DNA from: Candidatus Kaiserbacteria bacterium
GTDB taxonomy: Bacteria > Patescibacteriota > Minisyncoccia > Phycocordibacterales > UBA2100
Length of the DNA: 64,000 nucleotides
Reading direction: 5' to 3'
Assembly (NCBI GenBank): GCA_016217965.1
Contig: JACRFI010000015.1
Span: forward strand, 16,366-80,365
Translations under genes and position numbers: made by a program
The notes under the pieces: model-generated
The model's database searches: none
Seen by the model: the letters and a program-made list of their open reading frames with translations, nothing else
What the model was told of the DNA's origin: nothing
In this document: one piece after another, positions 56,861 through 64,000 of the stretch
How the letters are laid out: every line of letters starts with the position of its first letter
Position numbering within the stretch: the stretch's first letter is position 1

Positions 56861-57772
56861 ATGTGGCAACTCTTTAGCCTCAGCGCGATATTTTGTAACA
56901 CGCTTGAGGAAACAATAGATAAGGCGGCGATGCTTGGTTCGAGCGCACTCGACACATTTGTCGCAGCATTGATTCGGAACATCATCGTGCTTGGTATTGC
57001 GATCGCAGTGGCATTTCTCATCTACCGATCAGTGCCAGAGATAATCTTCTCTCTTCCGATAATCTGGTGGGGCTTCGTATATGCGATACAGGCCATCTCC
57101 TATACGTGGATATTGAAGTACATAGAAATAACGGCAGCCAGCGTAACGTTCGCGCTTCTTCCTCTTGTATTCTTGCCCATAGATATCTTTTTCCGGCACG
57201 AGTCGCTTACTCTGATGCAGATAGGAGGAGTCGGGACATTGGTTATTGGCGGACTTGTTTTCTTTGCACGCAAGGATCTGTCAAAAAGACTCTCAAATGC
57301 CAAATACATATTGATGATGCTTGGCGTTTTGGTTTTTGATGCGATCGTCATTGGTTCAGAAGGATATATTTTCAAGAGTTATTACGAGCAGTATGAGATA
57401 GCGCCCGCTTCTTTCCTTGTAAGCGGAATGCTGTACATGTGCGCCTTTCTTGCAGTAATGCTTGCTATCCGTTTCGCATGGGCCGGCAAGGGTATACAGT
57501 TGCAGGGGGCGCTTTCCTACGCTCGCGGAGCGTCTCTTGCGAAACTAGCGGATTATGGGAATATCTTTTTCACATTGCATGCCCTTACTATTGTGACCGT
57601 TACACAAGTCGCTGCGATGAAAGTTGTCCATCCGTTGATATTGCTGATAATCACGATGTTCGCTCAACAGAAATTCAAAATTGATCTTGAAGAAGTATTC
57701 ACGAAGGAAACCGTCATTCAAAAATGCGCCGGAATCCTGCTTGTGGTCATGGGCTCTTTTCTCGTTGCTTAG
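56861..57772 (+). CDS. EamA/DMT family transporter
   Basis: About 10 TMs in two repeats; FFRHESLTLMQIGG and QKCAGILLVVMG. Confidence 0.75.
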   Translation: MWQLFSLSAIFCNTLEETIDKAAMLGSSALDTFVAALIRNIIVLGIAIAVAFLIYRSVPEIIFSLPIIWWGFVYAIQAISYTWILKYIEITAASVTFALLPLVFLPIDIFFRHESLTLMQIGGVGTLVIGGLVFFARKDLSKRLSNAKYILMMLGVLVFDAIVIGSEGYIFKSYYEQYEIAPASFLVSGMLYMCAFLAVMLAIRFAWAGKGIQLQGALSYARGASLAKLADYGNIFFTLHALTIVTVTQVAAMKVVHPLILLIITMFAQQKFKIDLEEVFTKETVIQKCAGILLVVMGSFLVA

Positions 57773-58272
57773 AGACGCTGCGATTCATGTTCTGCGGCGT
57801 ATTTCTCTGCCGCAGCGATGTCCATCGCTTGGTGCTCACCGTCTAGTTCTTTCTTATACGCCGCCAACGCGCGAGGATGCATAACCCAGACATCCATACC
57901 CTCAACTTTGAGTTTTAATTTTCTAGAAATCTCACTTAGATATGGAATCCACTCTGTCCTCGCTTGGTTGCTGATGCGAGGATCATTGTCTATGCCGCTT
58001 AAATCCATCTCCTGCCCCTGATAATTCAGTGTGATCATATCCATATCCCATTTCCCATCTTTAAAACGAGCGGGACCAAATGTTATATATTCTGATATTT
58101 CAGGTACTATCGTTGGAAATGACTTTACTGATAGGTCAATATCAATATCGTTAAGTGACCTAGGAGATCCGTATATTTTTGCGGCAAAACCACCAGTCAT
58201 TTGATATTCAACCTCATTCCTTTGTAAAAGTTCTAGAATCCAACGTAGCGCGCGCATCGTTTTTTCTTCCAT
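57769..58272 (-). CDS. Small nucleotidyltransferase-fold protein
   Basis: YQMTGGFAAKIYGSPRSLNDIDI (GG..DxD); TAGAAT 7 nt before the ATG. Confidence 0.75.
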   Translation of the reverse strand: MEEKTMRALRWILELLQRNEVEYQMTGGFAAKIYGSPRSLNDIDIDLSVKSFPTIVPEISEYITFGPARFKDGKWDMDMITLNYQGQEMDLSGIDNDPRISNQARTEWIPYLSEISRKLKLKVEGMDVWVMHPRALAAYKKELDGEHQAMDIAAAEKYAAEHESQRL

Positions 58273-58330
58273 AAGGACCATTCTACACCGAGCATCTCGC
58301 GAATCGGATATAATGTAGTACATTGCTCGT

Positions 58331-59551
58331 ATGCGGAAGCGACCAGCATCGACTATCGACCCATCGAAGATCCAGACTGCCGCATTTGTGATCGAAGAAG
58401 AATTGCTACGGCACAATCTAGGTGTTCTTAAATACGTGATGGATAAGACGGGTGTAAAAATGTATCAGGCACTGAAGACGTGGGCAACATGGCCACTGTT
58501 CCCTATCACGCGAGAATATCTAGACGGAACCGAGGTGAGCTCGTTGAATGAGGCGCGGCTTGGATACGATGAGTTCAATCATGAGGTGCACATGTATGCT
58601 CCTGCATACAAAGACGAGGAATTCGCCGATATTCTTAAGTATTGCAGCACCATCATTTTCAATTCTTTCGAGCAGTGGAAGAAATTCAAGCCGCTTGTCG
58701 AGCAATTCGTCAAAGATACGGGAATGAAGCGAGAATGTGGTCTACGCATCAATCCTGAATACTTAGGCAAAGAAGAAAGTGGAGGTCTGTGGACGCCGTG
58801 CGCTCCAGGATCTCGGCTAGGTATTCGTATCAGTGAATTCAAGGCGACACTCAAAGAAAATCCAAAAGCACTTGATGGGATAAGCGGTTTTCATTTCCAT
58901 ATTTTCTGGGACAAAACGTTCGATGAACTGCAAGACGCTGTCGAGGTTGTTGAGAAGAATTTCGGCGACTATTTTGCGCAGGTACAATGGATCAATTTCG
59001 GAGGCGGGCAGAAGATATCCGACGATGACTACGATGTTGAAGGTCTTGTCAAACTGGTGAATAGTTTCCAGAAAAAGCACGATGTTATTGTGCACATGGA
59101 ACCAGGAGCCGCGATTGTCAAAAATGCCGGAGCGCTTGTCGCGAGTGTACTCGATGTCGTCTATCGAGATGACGTGGACTACAAGATCGCCATTCTCGAC
59201 ATGTCATTCAACGCGCATACGCCAGATTTTCTTCTCAGTGGTGAACTGGACATGCCAGTCACCGGGGCAAAAATAATCCATGACGAAAAAGAACTTAAGA
59301 ATTATAAAAATGTGTACCAGCTGGCGGGCGGTACATGTGTGACCGGAGACAAACTTGGGCATTTCCATTCATTCGCGAAACCATTAAAAGCTGGTGACAA
59401 AGTGATCATGGAGGACGGCATCCAATACAACCTGGTGCAATGCACCATGTTCAACGGCGTGCAGCACCCTAGCATCGTTCTGTGGAAGGGTGGCAAATCG
59501 GAGATGATCCGAGAATTCACCTACGAGGACTACAGATCCAGAATGGGCTAA
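58331..59551 (+). CDS. nspC: Carboxy(nor)spermidine decarboxylase, divergent
   Basis: ALKTW, SSLNEARLG, YAPAY, FNS, GLRINPE, PCAPGSRLG, NFGGG, EPG, MFNGV and YEDYRSRM. Confidence 0.85.
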   Translation: MRKRPASTIDPSKIQTAAFVIEEELLRHNLGVLKYVMDKTGVKMYQALKTWATWPLFPITREYLDGTEVSSLNEARLGYDEFNHEVHMYAPAYKDEEFADILKYCSTIIFNSFEQWKKFKPLVEQFVKDTGMKRECGLRINPEYLGKEESGGLWTPCAPGSRLGIRISEFKATLKENPKALDGISGFHFHIFWDKTFDELQDAVEVVEKNFGDYFAQVQWINFGGGQKISDDDYDVEGLVKLVNSFQKKHDVIVHMEPGAAIVKNAGALVASVLDVVYRDDVDYKIAILDMSFNAHTPDFLLSGELDMPVTGAKIIHDEKELKNYKNVYQLAGGTCVTGDKLGHFHSFAKPLKAGDKVIMEDGIQYNLVQCTMFNGVQHPSIVLWKGGKSEMIREFTYEDYRSRMG

Positions 59552-59554
59552 CGT

Positions 59555-60190
59555 ATGGTCATGGACTTCGACTCGCTCACGAAAGCAAGTGCCTTGAGGA
59601 GCACACTTCGTGCGCTGGATGATGATAATAAGATTGGAGATCGTGTTCTCGACATTGGATCTGGCCCTTTGCCAGTCTCCACGTTTCTTCTGAGGAAAAA
59701 AACATCGCGCAAAATAGTAAATATGGACGTTGCGGACTTTGGCGACGATCCACGCGGCAACCTTAATCTTCGCTATAACGTCAACAATGCCGACGATCCG
59801 AACGCCTATTCTACGAAAAAAACTATCTTTACAGCCGCGCAACACTTTGGCGTCGATCTAAGCCTCTCGCAAGGTACAGAGCAGGTGGATACCATGATTT
59901 TTTCCGAGCTACTGAATTACGTTGATTTTAGAAGTGTTTTATCGAGTTATGCGCGCTATCTTAAGGCAGGCGGACGATTCATCATTCTCAATAAACCAGG
60001 CCATCATCCGCGTAACAAAGCCGATCTACTCCATCCCAAAGGTGTTCAAAACAACGCTGAATTGATAGATTTTTTGCAAAATGACTTTGTTATCGAGCAA
60101 AAAACATTCCCTTTTAGGCGCGAAGAAGGCCTCGATGATGCGCGGAGCGAGGGGGACGCAATGATGCTTCTCGTTGCGCGCAAGAAGTAA
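59555..60190 (+). CDS. Class I SAM-dependent methyltransferase
   Basis: VLDIGSG, NMD, DTMIFSELLNYV and LKAGGRFII. Confidence 0.8.
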   Translation: MVMDFDSLTKASALRSTLRALDDDNKIGDRVLDIGSGPLPVSTFLLRKKTSRKIVNMDVADFGDDPRGNLNLRYNVNNADDPNAYSTKKTIFTAAQHFGVDLSLSQGTEQVDTMIFSELLNYVDFRSVLSSYARYLKAGGRFIILNKPGHHPRNKADLLHPKGVQNNAELIDFLQNDFVIEQKTFPFRREEGLDDARSEGDAMMLLVARKK

Positions 60191-60208
60191 TGCGCTAGGA
60201 TTGCAATC

Positions 60209-61252
60209 ATGTCGATGCAAGATTTTGATCCTAATGGTGTGGGCCAAGAAGGTTCGGGCATTTTTGGACTTCCCTATGCACCAAACGATGCTCAAGTGGT
60301 GCTCATTCCGGCTCCATGGGGCGTTACGGTCTCGTACGGAGGCGGTACGCATGATGGGCCCAAGGCGATATACGAAGCGTCCCCGCAAATAGATTACGAC
60401 CATCCGAGCTATGGTGCAGACTCCTGGAAGATTGGAATTTCAATGCTCCCCCTTGGAGAGTGGGATAATGCATACAAAGAGGGTGTAGCGTTGCGCGAAA
60501 AAGCGAAAGCGCATATCGAGGAGCTAGAACACGGCAAAACAGAACCCGCACCTCAAGAAATCAATGATGCGTGCGAAAGATTCCATGCTCGCATTGAGAC
60601 AACTGCGACGGAACTCTTGAATAAGAATAAGCTGGTGGGACTTATAGGCGGCGACCATTCTACGCCCTTGGGGCTCATCCGAGCACTTGCCGCAAAGCAT
60701 GGCGACTTTGGCATCCTGCAGATAGACGCGCACCACGACCTCCGCGAGTCATACGAAGGCTTTACCTATTCCCATGCTTCAATCATGTGGAACTCCCTTA
60801 AATTGCCAGCCGTTAAAAAACTCGTTCAAGTTGGAATTCGAGATTATTCCGCTGGCGAGACAGAGTTTGTTAAAAACTCGAATGGCCGAGTCGCGGTATT
60901 CTACGACGAGGAAATGAAATCACGGCAGTACAATGGGGAAACATTTGCACAAATCGTTAAAAATATTGTAGACGTTCTACCCAAGAAGGTATACATAAGT
61001 TTCGATATCGACGGTCTCGATCCTGCACTTTGCCCGAATACAGGTACTCCGGTTCCTGGGGGCCTCCAATTTCAGGAAGCTGTGTACCTTATCCGCGCCG
61101 TTGCGGAATCGGGCAAGACAATCATCGGTTTCGATGTGAACGAAGTCAGTCCTTCAAAAGATTCAGAATGGAACCAGAATGTCGGAATGCGAGTTCTCTG
61201 GAACCTCGCGATGTGGGCAGCGAAGTCAAATGGTCTACAGCCAAAAGCTTAG
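60209..61252 (+). CDS. speB: Agmatinase (ureohydrolase family)
   Basis: TVSYGGGT..GP, GGDHS, DAHHDLR, SHAS, GIRD and SFDIDGLDP..PNTGTPVPGG. Confidence 0.92.
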   Translation: MSMQDFDPNGVGQEGSGIFGLPYAPNDAQVVLIPAPWGVTVSYGGGTHDGPKAIYEASPQIDYDHPSYGADSWKIGISMLPLGEWDNAYKEGVALREKAKAHIEELEHGKTEPAPQEINDACERFHARIETTATELLNKNKLVGLIGGDHSTPLGLIRALAAKHGDFGILQIDAHHDLRESYEGFTYSHASIMWNSLKLPAVKKLVQVGIRDYSAGETEFVKNSNGRVAVFYDEEMKSRQYNGETFAQIVKNIVDVLPKKVYISFDIDGLDPALCPNTGTPVPGGLQFQEAVYLIRAVAESGKTIIGFDVNEVSPSKDSEWNQNVGMRVLWNLAMWAAKSNGLQPKA

Positions 61253-61776
61253 TGCAGATTGCCTACAGAATCATCGAAAAGCGGAGGTTTGTTCAACATC
61301 GCAGCAGCTTGATTTAACTCAAGCGCATACGAGGCGAGAGCACGGGAATTTTGACGGTAGGCATCAGTAATCTCCTTCCAGTCAAATCCTGCTTCTTCAA
61401 GAAAAGATAGTTGATGATAACCCCATTGAACATAAAATTTCTTTTGCTCCGACAAAGGCAAATCTTTCGAATAACTGCGTATCAAAGTTTGTAGTTTCAA
61501 CAGGTGTCTTTGTAATGGATTTTTGTTTTCGACGATTTTCAATCTTCCTTCAGTAATGCTGTGCAAAAGCTCTCCGAAGACCAGAATCACGCCCTGAAGC
61601 CCCACTTTTTGTGAAAGTGTGAACGTATCATTTTCATTAATTGCGACCACGACCTTATCGATCAAATTAATATCTTCATGGCCAAGAGGCCTGCGAGTTG
61701 CCGGTGTGTAAAACTGGTCGCCACCGGGAAATATGCCCGATTCTTCTCTACGATCAGCATTGTATTCAAGTACCAT
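61249..61776 (-). CDS. Hypothetical protein
   Basis: 175-aa ORF directly after ychF; no motif. Confidence 0.55.
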   Translation of the reverse strand: MVLEYNADRREESGIFPGGDQFYTPATRRPLGHEDINLIDKVVVAINENDTFTLSQKVGLQGVILVFGELLHSITEGRLKIVENKNPLQRHLLKLQTLIRSYSKDLPLSEQKKFYVQWGYHQLSFLEEAGFDWKEITDAYRQNSRALASYALELNQAAAMLNKPPLFDDSVGNLH

Positions 61777-61790
61777 ATCGGTGTCAGATT

Positions 61791-62891
61791 TCAGCTGTGC
61801 CTAAACTCCAGAACATCCCCATCCTGAACAATATATTCCTTCCCCTCGGTACGCAGTATACCTTTGTCACGAGCCGCACTCCATGAGCCCACTTCCAAAA
61901 GCTTGTCCCATTGGATAACGTCGGCACGAATAAATTTGTCGCGGAAATCAGAGTGTATTGCGGCGCCAGCGTGTGGTGCAGTGGAGCCGCGTTTAATCGT
62001 CCAAGCGCGTGATTCTTTTTCTCCTGTCGTAAAGAATGAGATCAGGTCGAGGAGTTCATATCCGCCCTTGATGAGGTCGTCAATTCCGTCGCTCGACACG
62101 CCCAATTCGCGACGAAAATCCATGCGTTCTGCATCCCCCACGTCATTAAGTTCGTTTTCGACGCCGGCATCTACGAACACGTACTTGGATCCGGATGAGT
62201 CGAGAAAATTCTTCAACTCCCTCCATCTATTACCATTCTCGGCATCCATATTTACTGCCCCACTCTTGCGGTTCAAAATGTAAAGTATGGGCTTCATAGT
62301 GAGGAGATGGAATCCTTTCACCACCTCCTTTTCTTTTTCCGTCAGCTCGACTTCGCGAGCCGCTTTTCCGGCATTCAGAACGGGTACGATCTTCCGAAGC
62401 GCATCCCTCTCCACGATAATGTCCTTGTCTCCTCCTTTCGCATCACGCTCAACTCTATCGAGTCGTTTCCCTGCAGTTTCTTGATCTGCAAGCACAAGCT
62501 CCAGGTTAATAACCTCGATATCGCGAAGGGGGTCCACTTCTCCGTGCACGTGGTGAATATCTTCGTCGTCAAAAAGTCGCACAACCTCAGCAATGGCATC
62601 GGTCTCTCGAATATTCGTGAGGAACTGATTTCCCAGTCCCTCTCCTTCCGAAGCGCCTTTCACGAGCCCTGCAATATCCACAAATTCCACAATGGCGGGC
62701 ACTGTTTTTTCCGAGTGCGACATTTCAGAGAGACGTGTAAGCCGGTTATCTGGTACCGCGACGACTCCCACGGATGGATCAATGGTCGCAAAGGGATAAT
62801 TCGCGATGAGAACGTCCTTTTTTGTGAGCGCCTTAAATAGAGTGGACTTGCCGACGTTCGGAAGTCCTACGATACCGATTGATAGTCCCAT
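61791..62891 (-). CDS. ychF: Redox-regulated ATPase YchF
   Basis: GIVGLPNVGKSTLF, NYPFATI, DIAGLVKGAS.GEGLGN.FL and EGKEYIVQDGD. Confidence 0.97.
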   Translation of the reverse strand: MGLSIGIVGLPNVGKSTLFKALTKKDVLIANYPFATIDPSVGVVAVPDNRLTRLSEMSHSEKTVPAIVEFVDIAGLVKGASEGEGLGNQFLTNIRETDAIAEVVRLFDDEDIHHVHGEVDPLRDIEVINLELVLADQETAGKRLDRVERDAKGGDKDIIVERDALRKIVPVLNAGKAAREVELTEKEKEVVKGFHLLTMKPILYILNRKSGAVNMDAENGNRWRELKNFLDSSGSKYVFVDAGVENELNDVGDAERMDFRRELGVSSDGIDDLIKGGYELLDLISFFTTGEKESRAWTIKRGSTAPHAGAAIHSDFRDKFIRADVIQWDKLLEVGSWSAARDKGILRTEGKEYIVQDGDVLEFRHS

Positions 62892-62995
62892 GACGGGACA
62901 CTATACCCTATGCGCTTGATTCGAGCGACATCACGAGTGACTTTGCAGACTTATATTGAGATACTGCTATATCTTATAATTTGTCTGATAACTCT

Positions 62996-63391
62996 ATGAG
63001 CGAATCGTTTGAGAAAGAATTACATCCGGAAAAGAAAACGCTGATTCTGATGCCTCTACAAGAGTGGGTACAGGGCATCAAATTGAAATATCCGTCACAA
63101 AATCAGAAAAGGTTGGCTCACACGATCTTAAGCTTTCGGCGGACAAAGCCGACAACGGTAGCTCAGGCCAGACTGTTTGAGAGAGGAAAATTATACCCGT
63201 GGCTTCGCGACACATGCGGAATAATTGAAGTCCAAACGGTCGGAGATTTATTGAAGGTATTTCAAAACGCCCCCACGCGCAACGCAGTCGACGCGCCGTG
63301 GGTGTGGTTTACTCGCTTCAGCCACAGTCCATCATATCAACGAAGGATTGATATGACAGAGGCAGCGCTAAAGGACGAGGGGCTACTTTGA
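62996..63391 (+). CDS. Hypothetical protein
   Basis: ORF divergent from ychF; no motif. Confidence 0.5.
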   Translation: MSESFEKELHPEKKTLILMPLQEWVQGIKLKYPSQNQKRLAHTILSFRRTKPTTVAQARLFERGKLYPWLRDTCGIIEVQTVGDLLKVFQNAPTRNAVDAPWVWFTRFSHSPSYQRRIDMTEAALKDEGLL

Positions 63392-63405
63392 TTCGAATTT
63401 GTTCA

Positions 63406-63840
63406 CTAGAACATCCAGATGGCGATCGTCGCCGCGGCAAACCAGCTGAAGACAGATACTGCTCCGCTCACCATGAGCGACAGCTTTTCGTGCCCCGTAA
63501 GTGCCGCAAACGGTTTCGTGAGTGCCAAGTTCATCAAGCGGCCGATGAGTATCGCATTCACCACCAATATCCCGACGAACAGCAGCTTCACGTCGAACCA
63601 CAGGTTCGTGAGCAGGAAAAGCCGCATCGGGTAGAACAAGTAGGCTCCGCTTACGATGAGCGCAAGAAGGCCAAGCCAGATGAGCGCAAGAAGGCCAAGC
63701 CAGATGAGCGCGTGGTACGTGAGAAGCGTCTTTTTTTCGAGTGTCGTTTTCTTCCCTCGAAGCCAAGCGAACGCATCTTTATCAGCGATCGCAGTCACAC
63801 CCAGAACAAACCCAAATGACAGAATATGAAGTACTAGCAT
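63406..63840 (-). CDS. 4-TM membrane protein with internal 8-aa tandem duplication
   Basis: LHILSF..G, ISG-like VSGA, KLLFV..LVVN and SGAVSVFSW; LIWLGLLA occurs twice. Confidence 0.75.
   Translation of the reverse strand: MLVLHILSFGFVLGVTAIADKDAFAWLRGKKTTLEKKTLLTYHALIWLGLLALIWLGLLALIVSGAYLFYPMRLFLLTNLWFDVKLLFVGILVVNAILIGRLMNLALTKPFAALTGHEKLSLMVSGAVSVFSWFAAATIAIWMF
63655..63711. repeat. Perfect 24-bp tandem repeat (2.4 copies)
   Basis: GATGAGCGCAAGAAGGCCAAGCCA twice, plus GATGAGCGC. Confidence 0.92.
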
Positions 63841-63846
63841 GCGCGA

Positions 63847-63999
63847 TTATTTTGCTACCACCCCGATCTTGTATTGCGCGAGAACCGATGCCGGAGTCCC
63901 CTGCCCGCCATGCTGCCCATTGAACGCCGCAGTCCCATCAACACCACACATCGATTTAATTGCTGTTTGTCCGCCTGGGTGTAGTGCTGCGAAGGATGT
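63847..63999 (-). CDS. Cytochrome b5-like heme-binding domain, C-terminal part (truncated by the window end)
   Basis: Manual translation TSFAALHPGGQTAIKSMCGVDGTAAFNGQHGGQGTPASVLAQYKIGVVAK*, with HPGG, GxDxTxxF..H and YxIG. Confidence 0.85.
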   Translation of the reverse strand, partial: TSFAALHPGGQTAIKSMCGVDGTAAFNGQHGGQGTPASVLAQYKIGVVAK

Positions 64000-64000
64000 C

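Noticed and set aside
63388-63819. + strand ORF with repeated DERKKAKP
   Set aside because: It is the antisense reading of the 24-bp duplication in the - strand membrane protein.

Overview
This is a gene-dense chromosomal window, most likely from a Patescibacteria/CPR bacterium of the Parcubacteria type. That assignment is inferred from compact aminoacyl-tRNA synthetases, a LeuRS with an inserted foreign domain, and an FtsA-like/baseplate-J-like gene pair; TGA acts as a stop (code 11). Core content: infA-rpmJ-rpsM-rpsK-rpsD-rpoA-rplQ-rplM-rpsI, grpE-dnaK-dnaJ, alaS, trpS, aspS, gltX, cysS, leuS, scpAB, dac-mraY-ftsW-murG, rpmA, rplI and ychF. Highlights: (1) a four-enzyme carboxy-intermediate polyamine pathway (Arg decarboxylase, CASDH, a divergent CASDC, agmatinase) interleaved with transporters and modifying enzymes; (2) a single Xer recombinase directly preceded by a symmetric 14-6-14 dif-like site that overlaps a perfect DnaA box, at the point where gene-strand bias breaks down; (3) a kinase + HIT/GalT-like + DEDDh exonuclease + nucleotidyltransferase cluster; (4) a Cys-rich protein + unknown protein + orphan multi-TM histidine kinase module; (5) an alpha/beta-hydrolase inserted into LeuRS; (6) a dispersed palindromic element family with compensatory base changes, plus heptamer repeats, one inside a CDS; (7) a pervasive leaderless-gene promoter layout. 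I saw no tRNA, rRNA, CRISPR array or transposase. All functional calls come from reading motifs by eye; no database search was run.
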